Both the position numbers and the translations under genes were made by a program. A stretch of DNA of 64,000 bases from an uncultured delta proteobacterium (GTDB lineage: Bacteria; Desulfobacterota; Binatia; UBA9968). The DNA lies in contig CAVUZH010000020.1 in the NCBI GenBank assembly GCA_963745835.1, forward strand, positions 137,040-201,039, read 5' to 3'. Shown here piece after piece: positions 21,244-31,646 of the stretch. How positions within the stretch are numbered: the stretch's first letter is position 1; each line of letters starts with the position of its first letter. The notes under the pieces are model-generated. The model saw nothing but the letters and a program-made list of their open reading frames with translations, searched no databases and was not told the DNA's origin.

Positions 21244-22659
21244 GTGATTCAAACCTGCAGGTCCGGTGGATGCCAGAAGCTATGGTCCTGGCTGTTGGTG
21301 ACTTGCCTCCTCATTACAGGTTGCGCTTCTTACCGGTCACCGCTTCCGAGTGTCAGCCCGCCCGGTGAAGACGAGGAAACACGGATCAGCCGCGAGTTTC
21401 GCCGCGAGGCAAAAAAGCACTTTACCTACGTAAACAATCCGGAGATCGAACGGTATATCGAACGCATCGGTCAACGGATTCTGTCAGCGATGGGTCCGCA
21501 ACCATTCGAGTATCGGTTCTTTGTCATCGCAGACCCGCAGCTAAATGCGTTTGCAGTGCCCGGCGGTTCGGTCTTCTTTTACTCTGGCCTTATCGAACGG
21601 GCGAAAAGCACTTCTGAAATCGCCGGAGTCATGGGACATGAAATAGTTCACATCAAAGGACGTCATATGGCGCGCCAGTCCGGTCCGGACGCGATTTCGC
21701 TTTTGAGTTTGGTGGGAATGCTTCTGTTGGCTCGTAGCGGCGCTGGTGCGCAAGCAGCGGGCGTCGTTGGCCAAGCGGTTTCTGCTACTCGTCAAATCGC
21801 CTATAGTCGCCAGTTGGAGATGGAAGCCGATACCCTAGGAGTACGTTACATGACAGCGGCAGGCTATGATCCTGCCGGTTCGCTTGGATTTCTCAAGACG
21901 CTGGATCAGGAGCGATCTTTAAACCCGATAGACGTGCCGGCCTATATGATGACTCATCCGATAACCCAGGAGCGGGTCGCCAACGTTCAACTGGTCATTC
22001 GCTCCCTCGGCGATGTTCAAAGCAAATCCGAAGGTTTTGATCAGCTTAAAAAGATTCAGGTGCTTATTCGCTTGGCGCGGCAGGAGACCGATAAGGTAAT
22101 CGACGAATTTCAAAAACTGGTCGCGCAAACGCCTGGCGACAGCGCCGCGTTTCATCTTTTAGCGCTGGCACAGCATCATAAAGGCCAGATGTCACAAGCA
22201 AAAGCGAACTATGAGAAGGCGCTGAAACTTAACCAGGAAGATGCAGGTTTGTACCGCGACCTCGGCCGGCTATACACCGACTCGGGCGACTTCGGCGCAG
22301 CCCGCGCTATGCTGGATAAGGCCTCCAGCATGGAACCCAAGGAACCGCTGAATTACTTCTATCTCGGAGAATTACTGGAAAAAGAGAACGACTTACGCGC
22401 CGCGGCCGGCGCGTATCTCAATGCTCAGCAGCTTTCGCCACTCTGGGATAAACCGCCTGCCCGGCTTGGCACCATCTATGGAAATCTCGACCGGCTTGGA
22501 GATGCCTACTACTATAGGGCTCGGTCCTTATTGTTGCAGGACGAAGACGAGCGGGCGATGGCCGATCTTGAAAAGGCGATCAAAATCCTCGGCGAGAACT
22601 CTGCACGTGGGCAGACTGCCAAAGACGAACTGAATAATCTACGAGCTCGTCGGCGCTGA
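21244..22659 (+). CDS. M48 metalloprotease with TPR repeats (BepA/YfgC-like lipoprotein)
   Basis: Lipobox LITGC, NAFAVPGG, GHEIVH (HExxH), YSRQLEMEAD, THP, C-terminal TPR helices. Confidence 0.9.
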   Translation: MIQTCRSGGCQKLWSWLLVTCLLITGCASYRSPLPSVSPPGEDEETRISREFRREAKKHFTYVNNPEIERYIERIGQRILSAMGPQPFEYRFFVIADPQLNAFAVPGGSVFFYSGLIERAKSTSEIAGVMGHEIVHIKGRHMARQSGPDAISLLSLVGMLLLARSGAGAQAAGVVGQAVSATRQIAYSRQLEMEADTLGVRYMTAAGYDPAGSLGFLKTLDQERSLNPIDVPAYMMTHPITQERVANVQLVIRSLGDVQSKSEGFDQLKKIQVLIRLARQETDKVIDEFQKLVAQTPGDSAAFHLLALAQHHKGQMSQAKANYEKALKLNQEDAGLYRDLGRLYTDSGDFGAARAMLDKASSMEPKEPLNYFYLGELLEKENDLRAAAGAYLNAQQLSPLWDKPPARLGTIYGNLDRLGDAYYYRARSLLLQDEDERAMADLEKAIKILGENSARGQTAKDELNNLRARRR

Positions 22660-23049
22660 GCCTCTACCGGCTCTGTTAGCGACGGGAAAAGAATAGATCT
22701 TGCCACGTACAGGACTTGCGTATCTGCCTTCTTTCTTGATTAGCACCTTGCGAAGGTAGTCGGGATCAAATCCTAAAAGATCGCAGATGTTGTTAAACGA
22801 AAACAGCCACTCGGTGCCTTCATCCTCGACCCATTCCAAGGCATTCTGATACTGACTATTTCCTAAATTACTTCGCGCGCCGCGATACTTATTTAGACAC
22901 TCCACCGCGTCTTTCAAAATAGCGATCATCAAACGTTTCTCACCGTCAAGCTGACGCGACAGCCCGCCGGTACCGTAGAACTGAGACGGCAGAAAAACAT
23001 CGGGCTCAAGGATTCGTGCTAGAAAATCATCGTACATGTGCGGAAACAC
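22639..23049 (-). CDS. Conserved hypothetical protein (paralog of 27257-27772)
   Basis: EPDVFLPSQFY...EKRLMIAILKDAVEC...EWV....LFSFNNICDLLGFDPDYLR motif string shared with the paralog. Confidence 0.75.
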   Translation of the reverse strand: MFPHMYDDFLARILEPDVFLPSQFYGTGGLSRQLDGEKRLMIAILKDAVECLNKYRGARSNLGNSQYQNALEWVEDEGTEWLFSFNNICDLLGFDPDYLRKVLIKKEGRYASPVRGKIYSFPVANRAGRGSAPTSS

Positions 23050-23299
23050 TCCTGGGTGAAATTGAATCGCAAGCTATATCACGGGAGTTTCTTTCACGCA
23101 AGAAATATCGTCAATCAACGCGGGATGGGCCGCAACGCGGCACCGCGCATGAGTGGCAAGAGCAGATCCTACGGCGCCCAAACGGTCCCAATTGAACGAT
23201 TCCCGTTAAAGCACTGGGGCAATTGAATAGAGCTTTCGGCCTCCGCCGCGCCGGTATTCACCATCCTCTAAGCGCTTCGAACGGCGATTGTGCTGTGGT

Positions 23300-24010
23300 T
23301 TAGATCCCTTTCATCAAACCGGCGAGTTCTGTCTTAGCAGCATTGTGATCCCAGATCTTCTGAACCACCGAGTCTTTGCGGCGCTGTTTCATGACCCTTT
23401 GTGTCTCGTCCTCGTTGTAAATTATGACAGGTCCCAGCAATGAAGCTTTATAGAACCGCGACGCCGCTTCTTCCAAGTCCACACATCCGGCGAATACCCA
23501 TTCGATCGAATGAGCGACGACCATCGACCCATGACCGCGCAGCATCACGGCATCCGCGGCGCCAAGCGCTTTTGCCACTGCGTCGCCCTGCTCTATCGTA
23601 TGAATCAGTGCTGGGTCCATGTAAACAGGTAATGGTCCCGGGCCAAAAAAAGCGCCAGGATTGGAAGAAGCTGGATAGAACGGTTTGTCAACCATGCTCA
23701 GGATGGCAACCATATGATTGTGCAGATGAGCGACACTTTGGATATCGCTACGGGCTCTATAGGCCCGCGCGTGCATATTAACCTCTGACGGCGCTTTGTA
23801 TTTGCCTTCGATCAATTTCCCATCGAAATCGGTGATCACCATATCGTCCGGTTTTACCGTAGCGCGACTTACCGGGTGTGGCAGGATAACAAGGTGATCA
23901 GACCCGGGAATACGCGCGCTAATATGACCGCTGTAATCGACTAATCCGGCGTTGAACAACATGCGGGACGACATAGCGAGCTTTTTTTTGATCTCTGATA
24001 ATTCCGACAC
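23300..24010 (-). CDS. Class II aldolase/adducin family protein
   Basis: SGHISAR, PSEVNMH, VAHLH, LRGHG. Confidence 0.88.
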   Translation of the reverse strand: MSELSEIKKKLAMSSRMLFNAGLVDYSGHISARIPGSDHLVILPHPVSRATVKPDDMVITDFDGKLIEGKYKAPSEVNMHARAYRARSDIQSVAHLHNHMVAILSMVDKPFYPASSNPGAFFGPGPLPVYMDPALIHTIEQGDAVAKALGAADAVMLRGHGSMVVAHSIEWVFAGCVDLEEAASRFYKASLLGPVIIYNEDETQRVMKQRRKDSVVQKIWDHNAAKTELAGLMKGI

Positions 24011-24321
24011 GATTTACTCCTCTCAGTTGAACTGGTTGTCTGTGCTATATCTTTCCTCGAATAAGAGTTCAACCGAAATGGGCTAACGTTTGAAGCCGCA
24101 AGACTCGTTAAATGCCGAACCGCAACTTTGATGACGTGAAACCGCGAGCATGCATCGACTTACCACGACGCCGATTCCGGCGGTCCGGATGGGAGATAGC
24201 GGGTTCGGTCGCTAACCGCGGCACGTAAATGTCCGGCCGAGTGGTCTACCTTAGGAAACCAGCTTTTGCCGAATGGACGAGAGGCAAGTTCTAGTCTACG
24301 TCTTCTAACCAGCCTCTAGGA

Positions 24322-25782
24322 TTATTTCATTTTAAAGCTCGGCGGCACCACTTCATCGATGCTCTTTCCGGTCCAATGCCATTTCGGAACACTGTCCCAG
24401 ACTTGTTCCCCTTTTTTCTGAACTTTGTCGAGTAGCTCTTGCTCATCCAGGCGAAGGTATTTGTAATCGTCCACCAGTCTTTCGCCGTCGACGATGACGG
24501 TTCGCACATCGCGGCTGACGGCGTTTTCCATCAACGATCGAATGGGGTCGCGGACCGCGCCAAAGGTGAGGTCGCGGAGATTGACGATCGCAATATCGGC
24601 TTTGGCCCCTCTTTCTAATCTTCCGATATCGTTGCGCCCGAGCATCTTGGCGCCGCCTAAGGTCGCCGCGTTGAACACGTCTCGCGGGTGGCCGGACATG
24701 AAGCTCTTGTCGGCGACGCGCGACGCGAGCGCAGCGTAACGCATATCCGACAGAATATCTTTGGGGAAAGTGTCGGTTCCAATGCCCATGTTGATTCCAG
24801 CTTTGAGATAACGGTCGAAGGACTCCATAGTGATACCTAGCTTCAGGTATTTGAGCGGGCTGTAGGCAACCGAAGCGCCCGAATCGGCGATAATCTTAAG
24901 ATCATCGCCATATGGATACGCAAGCCAGCTATGGCCGCTGATGAAAATGCAATGAGAAAGAGAAACCTGCGGATCCAAGAAGCCGATCTTTTGCAGCAAC
25001 TCGATAGGCGTGCAGCGTTCACGCTGCATCACGGTATGGAATTCGAACAAATTGATCGTCGCATGGATCTGAATTCGAATGCCGGCATCGTTTGCCGCTT
25101 TTTTCGTTTGTTTAAGCAAATCAGGTGTGCAGGAATCGACGTGTCCGGGAAACAACATAGCACTCATGCGCCCGTTGCAAGCCCCATCAAATTGCTTTGC
25201 GAACTGGACCGCGTTTTTCAAGCCTTCGCTGCCGCGAGCCTCATCCCAGTCGTACTCTAAGCGGCCCTCGGGGTCGTGAAAAAAACTGACGTTCTTGTAG
25301 CTCGGGCCGGTGGCCGTTCGGATGCCGACCTCGTCGACCATGTCGACGAATCGCTCCGGCTCTGCGCCCGGACCGCCGATCTCAAAAGTAGTCGTTACCC
25401 CACTCTTTATTAGATGGATCAAGGAAAACCTCTGGCCAACATCGACATCTTTTAAGTGAGCGGAATGAGAGCCTTCACGAGTCGGCCCGCCGTGAGCTAG
25501 ATAATTGGCCGCGAAGAAATCCAATTTCGTGGAATCATTCAGAATGTAATCGCTGGCATTGATTCCCGAATGGAAATGAGTGTCGATGAAGCCGGGTGAA
25601 ACCAAGCAGCCCTTGGCATCGATCTTTCTGTCTACAGCTTGAGAGTAGTCTTTGCCGACGAATTCGATTCGATTGCCATCGTAGACGACCAGGCCGTCCT
25701 TGATGATCTCATGTTGTGTCCCGTCAAATCCGACTACGAATCCGCCTTGAATTAAAGTTTTCATGCCTAGCCTTTCAGTCAT
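24322..25782 (-). CDS. Amidohydrolase (deaminase/chlorohydrolase-like)
   Basis: PGFIDTHFH, IQIH, SHC, GIGTD, ATLGGAKMLG...G.LERGAKADI. Confidence 0.88.
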   Translation of the reverse strand: MTERLGMKTLIQGGFVVGFDGTQHEIIKDGLVVYDGNRIEFVGKDYSQAVDRKIDAKGCLVSPGFIDTHFHSGINASDYILNDSTKLDFFAANYLAHGGPTREGSHSAHLKDVDVGQRFSLIHLIKSGVTTTFEIGGPGAEPERFVDMVDEVGIRTATGPSYKNVSFFHDPEGRLEYDWDEARGSEGLKNAVQFAKQFDGACNGRMSAMLFPGHVDSCTPDLLKQTKKAANDAGIRIQIHATINLFEFHTVMQRERCTPIELLQKIGFLDPQVSLSHCIFISGHSWLAYPYGDDLKIIADSGASVAYSPLKYLKLGITMESFDRYLKAGINMGIGTDTFPKDILSDMRYAALASRVADKSFMSGHPRDVFNAATLGGAKMLGRNDIGRLERGAKADIAIVNLRDLTFGAVRDPIRSLMENAVSRDVRTVIVDGERLVDDYKYLRLDEQELLDKVQKKGEQVWDSVPKWHWTGKSIDEVVPPSFKMK

Positions 25783-26022
25783 TTTTTAGGACACGGGCAG
25801 GACTAACAAAAGAATTTGGCCAAGACAAGCTATGCCTTTAACCTCGGACGAGAATCTTTGGGGGCATTTGACCGGAGGTGTTTAGGATAACGAGCTTCTC
25901 TGATTGTAAGATAAACTACTTATAGAGGAACGTCGCTCCGGTTGGCGATCTTTTTGATGCTGAGATGGTCCGAGGCGACTCATAAATCGGTGGCGGGCGG
26001 GGGATAGTGATCAAGATCCTGG

Positions 26023-27055
26023 CTAAACGGCGAAGCGGAAGTGAACGATGTCACCGTCCTTCACGACGTAATCTTTACCTTCGAGACGCAGCTTACCGGC
26101 CTCCTTGCATTTGGACTCGCTGCCAAGCGCCATGAAGTCGTCATAAGCGACGACTTCGGCTCGAATAAAGCCACGCTCAATATCGCTGTGAATCTTGCCC
26201 GCGGCTTTGCGCGCTACGGTTCCGTGAGTAATGGTCCAGGCTCGGACTTCATCCTCTCCGGATGTAAAAAAACTGATCAGATCGAGCAAGCGATAAGAGG
26301 CGCGAATGAACCGGTCTCGCGCAGGTTCCTCTATGCCGATCTCTTTAAGAAAAGCGACGCGATCAGCTTCGTCCAATTGCGCGATCTCCATCTCGGCCTT
26401 GGCCGCCAGCGCCAGACCCTCCAAGCCGCGCCGTTTCAATTCTTCCAAATAATTAGAATCCAGCGGCTGCCCAGCCTGCTCTTCCGACTGGTTCAGCAGC
26501 ACAAGCAGAGGCTTACGGCTCAAAAACCCGAAACCGGCAAGCAAACTCTCTTCATCGGGAGTGAACGTCAAGTTTCGGAGGCTTTCTTCGTTTTCCAGAG
26601 CGGTAACCGCGCGCTCCAACAAATTCTCTTCAAGCGGGCGCGCCTTTTCTTTCTTGAGACGGGAGCGGCGATTTTCGATGATCCCGAGGTCGGCCAGAAT
26701 CATCTCCGTGAGAAGATTGTTAAGCTCCCTAATAGGTTTGGCATCGGCCTCAAAGTTACCCAAGACCAGAGCCATGGCATCGACCTCGCGCATCTGTGCT
26801 ACTCGCATTGTTGGCTTTGAGATTGTCCTCCCCCTGACTTGGCGGAAAGTCAGTGAAGCGAATCTCGGCATAGGTTGTTTTTCTAGGCTTGAAGATTTGG
26901 GAAAGCTTATCGATTCGGGGATCAGGAACCTTTATGACACCCAGATGGACTTCTTCCTTGCCGGCGAAGCCGCCGATCTGGGCATTTAGCCCCGTCAGCA
27001 TATTAAAAATAGTCGTCTTACCGGCACCACGGGGGCCGATCAATCCTACTTTCAT
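26023..27055 (-). CDS. ychF: YchF/Obg-like ATPase (DUF933), frameshifted near 26803
   Basis: The N-terminal part (GPRGAGKTTIFN, VPDPRID) and the C-terminal part (FFTSGEDEVRAW, AGKIHSDIERGFIRAEV, RLEGKDYVVKDGD) lie in two frames. Confidence 0.85.
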
Positions 27056-27256
27056 ATGGCTTGGTTCCTCAACGACAGACGATTTGATGCGGCTAGCAGT
27101 TTAGAAGATGAGTAAGCCCGACAATGATTTGCGCCTGGACGCTATTCGCGGTTTCTCGCGCCGGTTTTTTTCCGCGAATGTTCTTAGCCGATCGCCGCCT
27201 GGCGACTCACACCCCGAATCACCGATCTCCAAGCAAACCGCTGATCCTGACGTTTG

Positions 27257-27772
27257 CTAGCCGGCAGCGCGCGTTACAGGCTGGCGGCTTTGTCTTTCCG
27301 CCGCCTTTTCCTTCCAGCGCAATAACCCCTGCCGCAAGTAGCTGACATCGAAGCCGAGCGCCTCGCAAATGTTCTCGAACGAGAAAAGGTAGGATTTGTC
27401 CTCTGCGTCAAACCATTCCTCGGCCTCTTGATAAAGCGCCCGCTTTCTCTTGCACGTTGCTGCAATATTCTCCTGAAAGCAAGTAACAGCGTCCTGCAAA
27501 ACCGCCAGCATCAGCACCTTCTCAGGATCCAACCGGAAGGTTCTTTGATAAGTCGCAAGAAACTGCTCAGGAATGAGAATGTCAGATTGAAAAACAGCAA
27601 ATGCTTTTTCTTCAGACGCGGCATTGGAATGTCCAGGGCTCTTGGCCCAAAAAGGCGACCGACCTTGGCTATGATTATTCGAAACATTATTCGAAACCTG
27701 TGCCTCGAATCGTTTTTTCGCAATCACGGAAAACCTCCATTCTGCAATAGAAACAGTGTTCGTGGCGATCAC
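27257..27772 (-). CDS. Conserved hypothetical protein (paralog of 22639-23049)
   Basis: QSDILIPEQF...PEKVLMLAVLQDAVTCF...EAEEWF....LFSFENICEALGFDVSYLRQGL. Confidence 0.75.
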   Translation of the reverse strand: MIATNTVSIAEWRFSVIAKKRFEAQVSNNVSNNHSQGRSPFWAKSPGHSNAASEEKAFAVFQSDILIPEQFLATYQRTFRLDPEKVLMLAVLQDAVTCFQENIAATCKRKRALYQEAEEWFDAEDKSYLFSFENICEALGFDVSYLRQGLLRWKEKAAERQSRQPVTRAAG

Positions 27773-27876
27773 GCCTGCGTCTGACGGCAGACGGATACTG
27801 CAAGAACTTCAACGCCACTGAATAGCACCGCCGGAGCGGGGCTAAATCGAGCGAAGCCGACAGTTAACGAGAAAAA

Positions 27877-28263
27877 TCAAATCAACAGCACTGACTGGAG
27901 AATCTGAAGGGAAACCTTGGGCACGTGGTTCTCTAAGAAAAAGGCCAGTTTAACTGGATCGACAACCCGGACGTAATTGATCCTATAAGTTTGAAAGTTC
28001 GGCTGTGCAGATCGCGGAACATCACCGCTCAGACAGATGACTGCCAGTCTCTCGGGAAATGTGTCGGATCCTAATAAACCGTCGCCGGAGGCGTGATCGG
28101 ACGAGGCCGTGGTGTATAACGGCCCTTCCGAAGCAGGCTCGTACGCGAGGCTCATGGTAAAGGCGCCGAACGTGAAAAATATCAGAATCGCCGAAACCAT
28201 GAGGCTTTTTTTCATGTGATAGGTGGATTTCAATCTATTTACCATCTTTACGCTAACATTCAT
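27877..28263 (-). CDS. Hypothetical protein, possibly exported
   Basis: ORF fills an intergenic gap; signal-peptide-like MKKSLMVSAILIFF stretch; no recognisable motif. Confidence 0.35.
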   Translation of the reverse strand: MNVSVKMVNRLKSTYHMKKSLMVSAILIFFTFGAFTMSLAYEPASEGPLYTTASSDHASGDGLLGSDTFPERLAVICLSGDVPRSAQPNFQTYRINYVRVVDPVKLAFFLENHVPKVSLQILQSVLLI

Positions 28264-28442
28264 CGAATGAAAGTCAACAGTGCCTTAATGCGTTTTTCGG
28301 TATAACAGATTCGCATTATTGCTAAGGTGCACATTCAACCGCTTTAGCCAAAGAATTGCTCTTACCATCAGACGAACACCGAGAGTCGCGGTAGCAGGAG
28401 GACTGTTTGACCAAGCCAGGCAAGATGCTAAAGTCAGTCACT

Positions 28443-29621
28443 ATGCCTCTGGCTACTATTGAAGAAGCGATTAATGACATTCGCCGTGGGAAGATGGTCA
28501 TCCTTATGGATGACAAAGATCGCGAGAATGAAGGGGACTTGTGCATGGCGGCGGAAAAAGTCACTCCCCAGGCAATAAATTTCATGGCAACTCACGGCCG
28601 AGGCCTGATTTGTCTCACCCTAACTGAGGAAAGGGTGAGATTGTTGAATCTTTCTATGATGGTGTCGGAAAATACCTCTCCGTTCGGCACCGCGTTTACG
28701 GTCTCGATCGACTCCGTGCTCGGTATCACCACCGGAATATCGGCGGCTGACCGGGCCAAGACGATCCTTGACGCCATCGAAGACGATGCCAAGCCTCAAG
28801 ATCTAGTTACGCCGGGACATATTTTTCCATTGCGCGCGCGCAATGGTGGCGTTTTGGTACGAGCAGGTCAGACTGAGGGCTCGGTTGATTTGGCGCGTTT
28901 AGCCGGTCTGAAGCCCGCTGGAGTCATCTGCGAAATTATGAAAGATGACGGTACGATGGCGCGCCAACCGGATCTGATGAGGTTCGCGCGCAAGCACAAG
29001 TTGAAAGTAGTGACAATTGCCGACCTGATCCAATATCGACTTAACTACGATTCCTTGGTTTATCAGGCGGCGAGTGCGCCACTGCCGACGCGCATGGGCG
29101 GGCAGTTTCAGGCGATCGTTTATAATACTCACGTCGATCAAAGTGAGCACCTTGCATTGATTAAAGGTCATATTTCTCCAAAAGAAGAAACTCTAGTGCG
29201 AGTTCACACGAAATACGTCCCAGGCGATGTTTTCGGCTTCGAGCTGCTCAACACAGGCAGGGTCATTCAGAGTTCAATGGAAATCATCGCCAGAGAAGGC
29301 AAAGGCGTGATCCTCTATTTGCAACCTGAGCACAAAGGCTTAAGTCCGGCAATGGTTACCTACCCCACAGTTCAGGGTAAGCAACAAAAGAATATCAATC
29401 TTTCATTTATCTATCGCGCGGACTTCAAAGAATACGGGATTGGCGCGCAGATACTGCGCGACTTGGGCGTGCGTAAGATGCGGCTACTTACCAATAATAA
29501 GAAGCACCTGGTCGGGCTCCGCGGATACGGGCTCGAAGTGACATCGCTCATGCCAATTCCGCGCGACAACCCGCTGCGTGAAGCCGCCAAGCAAAGACGA
29601 ACCAAAAGTAGAAACGCTTAA
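28443..29621 (+). CDS. ribB: DHBP synthase fused to a degenerate GTP cyclohydrolase II domain (RibBA/RibBX)
   Basis: [44 protein letters not shown]. The C-terminal domain has VRVH..GDVFG and [12 protein letters not shown] but no Zn-binding cysteines. Confidence 0.93.
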   Translation: MPLATIEEAINDIRRGKMVILMDDKDRENEGDLCMAAEKVTPQAINFMATHGRGLICLTLTEERVRLLNLSMMVSENTSPFGTAFTVSIDSVLGITTGISAADRAKTILDAIEDDAKPQDLVTPGHIFPLRARNGGVLVRAGQTEGSVDLARLAGLKPAGVICEIMKDDGTMARQPDLMRFARKHKLKVVTIADLIQYRLNYDSLVYQAASAPLPTRMGGQFQAIVYNTHVDQSEHLALIKGHISPKEETLVRVHTKYVPGDVFGFELLNTGRVIQSSMEIIAREGKGVILYLQPEHKGLSPAMVTYPTVQGKQQKNINLSFIYRADFKEYGIGAQILRDLGVRKMRLLTNNKKHLVGLRGYGLEVTSLMPIPRDNPLREAAKQRRTKSRNA

Positions 29622-29747
29622 AGTTCGGGCTCTTGAACGCTTCGCTCAATTATCGGGAAAAAGGAATTGCCTGTCGAACTGCCGGCCGGCGGCTAATGGC
29701 GAAAGAGTTTCAGAATCCCAGCATACAGCTTTTCTGACGGCGCTAGT

Positions 29748-30266
29748 CTATTCAGATTTCTTGAGGTAGTTGGGCAATTCGGCGCGAATTCTCTTGAGCG
29801 CCTCGCCAACATTTGAGAAAACTCGCTCTCGGACCAATTGTCCATCGACCCAATAATCCAGTGCCGGCGCATCGGTGAAATTGATATCCACATAACGCTC
29901 GCCAACGGGTTCGCCGGTGATGACAACCCGCACAGAATAACCGGCGTCAACGATCAGCCCCCGGGCCCCAGGAGGTAACGGCAAGCCGGTTTTGATTTTG
30001 GCCAACTTCTCCGGCGGATAGGTTCCGACGTCCATCGAAAAGTAGCCCCATTCTCCAGGCCGGACCGTCAGTTCCTTGAGCAGTCGCGCGTTGATATCGA
30101 CGAGGTTCTTCGCCGCCTGATCCTGATTGTAACCCCTGAGCAGTTCGTAGGCCCACTTCTCGATAATTCCGGGTACGGGAGCTAGCGGCTTTTCGCGTTC
30201 CTTAACCGGGCCGCGATCGATCCACCATTTGCTTTCTTCAAGCGTCTCGTTCTTTTCGTCGGCCAT
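29748..30266 (-). CDS. Hypothetical protein
   Basis: Natural-looking ORF (MADEKNE...) directly downstream of and co-oriented with 30295-31287. Confidence 0.6.
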   Translation of the reverse strand: MADEKNETLEESKWWIDRGPVKEREKPLAPVPGIIEKWAYELLRGYNQDQAAKNLVDINARLLKELTVRPGEWGYFSMDVGTYPPEKLAKIKTGLPLPPGARGLIVDAGYSVRVVITGEPVGERYVDINFTDAPALDYWVDGQLVRERVFSNVGEALKRIRAELPNYLKKSE

Positions 30267-30294
30267 ATAGTCGTCGCCGTTGTTCTGCGGCTCG

Positions 30295-31287
30295 CTAAAT
30301 TTTAAATTCCTCCAGAGTACTTTTGGCAAAAAGCGTATCAACATCCACAGGCTTGCTGATCAGTCCTTGCTCGTGAGTGTACTGCACAAGCGTCTCTAGA
30401 ATATGGCGATTCGCTTCCAGGCCGTACGCCCAGGGATCATCGCCGAGAACCTCGCGCTCTTTTTCCATCTCATCGATGGACCACGCCAGCATATATTTGA
30501 GCGCGGAGAATTCGTACATGCTTTCCTGGCATAACTTCTTGGACTCGTTGAAAGCCTTGAATAGGCTCTGCGCGATCCAAGGATTGTTTTCGTAAACTTC
30601 CTCGCGAATCACCACGGTGTGCATGATAGGAAAGATCTTGGTGCGACGGAAGTAGTCTTGCTCGACCTCGCGAAAATTTGGTATCAGCCGCTGCACTTTG
30701 GGATGACGTCTAACAAACGGCGATGGCATATGCGCTGAGATCATCGCATCGATCTCGCCCGTTGCCAACATGCCTGAAAGTGTATTCCCCGCCGGAATCG
30801 GTCGGATATCGATATTGGTCGGCAAGTTATGGCTCACCTTATCCTCTCGACCCGGGTGCTCTTCACCCCCGGTAAACCATTTCATCTTTTCCGGAGGAAC
30901 TCCGTATTCATGCTGCAGGATGCCCCGCGCCCAGGTAGCCATGGTGATCTGATATTCGGGTACCCCGACTTTTTTTCCTGCCATATCGGCTGGTTTTCTG
31001 ATGCCGGAATCAGTGTTGATATAGATACAGGAGTGCCGGAATGTCTTGGACGGAAAGACCGGGATCGCAATCAACTTGGGCGCGCCTTTGTCCCGCGACA
31101 TAAGGTAAGAACCAGTCGACATCTCCGCTGCATCGAACTCCCCGTAGCGCAGCATTCGCCAGAAGGTCTCTTCCACTCGCAACGGCAAATAAGTCAAATC
31201 AACGCCTTCGACTTCGACTCTGCCGTCTTGTAGCGCGCGGGTGCGATCGTAGTCCCAACAGGCCAGTGTCAAACGGATTTTTCCCAT
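30295..31287 (-). CDS. 4,5-dihydroxyphthalate decarboxylase-like / periplasmic-binding-fold protein
   Basis: LTLACWDYDRTRAL.DG, EFDAAEMS, IPVFPS..FRHS, VGVPEYQITM..WARGIL, IFPIMH, YGLEANR. Confidence 0.8.
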   Translation of the reverse strand: MGKIRLTLACWDYDRTRALQDGRVEVEGVDLTYLPLRVEETFWRMLRYGEFDAAEMSTGSYLMSRDKGAPKLIAIPVFPSKTFRHSCIYINTDSGIRKPADMAGKKVGVPEYQITMATWARGILQHEYGVPPEKMKWFTGGEEHPGREDKVSHNLPTNIDIRPIPAGNTLSGMLATGEIDAMISAHMPSPFVRRHPKVQRLIPNFREVEQDYFRRTKIFPIMHTVVIREEVYENNPWIAQSLFKAFNESKKLCQESMYEFSALKYMLAWSIDEMEKEREVLGDDPWAYGLEANRHILETLVQYTHEQGLISKPVDVDTLFAKSTLEEFKI

Positions 31288-31333
31288 GCTGTTCTCCTAT
31301 TCACTAGATAAATGATTGACTTTGCGCGCCGAA

Positions 31334-31531
31334 TTACTTTATTCCGGCAAAGAACTGATTTGCGCCGACCACGAACTGGTCTTTGTCGCCCTGCAGCACG
31401 ACGGCCGCTTCCCCCGAAGCAAGCGTCGTCCGCCGCTGAATAGTATAGGTGTTTCCTCGAAAGATGACTTGCTGCCCGGGGCGATACTGCTCTAGTTTCA
31501 AATGATCGTGCTGCGGATCAATCTTTTCCAT
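31334..31531 (-). CDS. Small hypothetical protein
   Basis: 65-aa beta-rich ORF co-oriented with the downstream genes. Confidence 0.55.
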   Translation of the reverse strand: MEKIDPQHDHLKLEQYRPGQQVIFRGNTYTIQRRTTLASGEAAVVLQGDKDQFVVGANQFFAGIK

Positions 31532-31646
31532 GGCAGATTTTCATAACACATTCACAATTAAAGCGTAAATCGCGGCGCTTTATGACGGGTGTGAAATTGA
31601 CATCGGCTAGAGCCGAGAATACAGTCGAACATCGCCAGGGACAAAC

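Noticed and set aside
24060-24320. Purine-riboswitch-like fragments (CGTAAA, GTCTACC)
   Set aside because: The elements are in the wrong order and on the opposite strand to the downstream gene; no consistent fold.
28264-28442. FMN riboswitch upstream of ribBA
   Set aside because: No RFN consensus (AGGGCGGGGTGAAATTCCC...ACCG) present.
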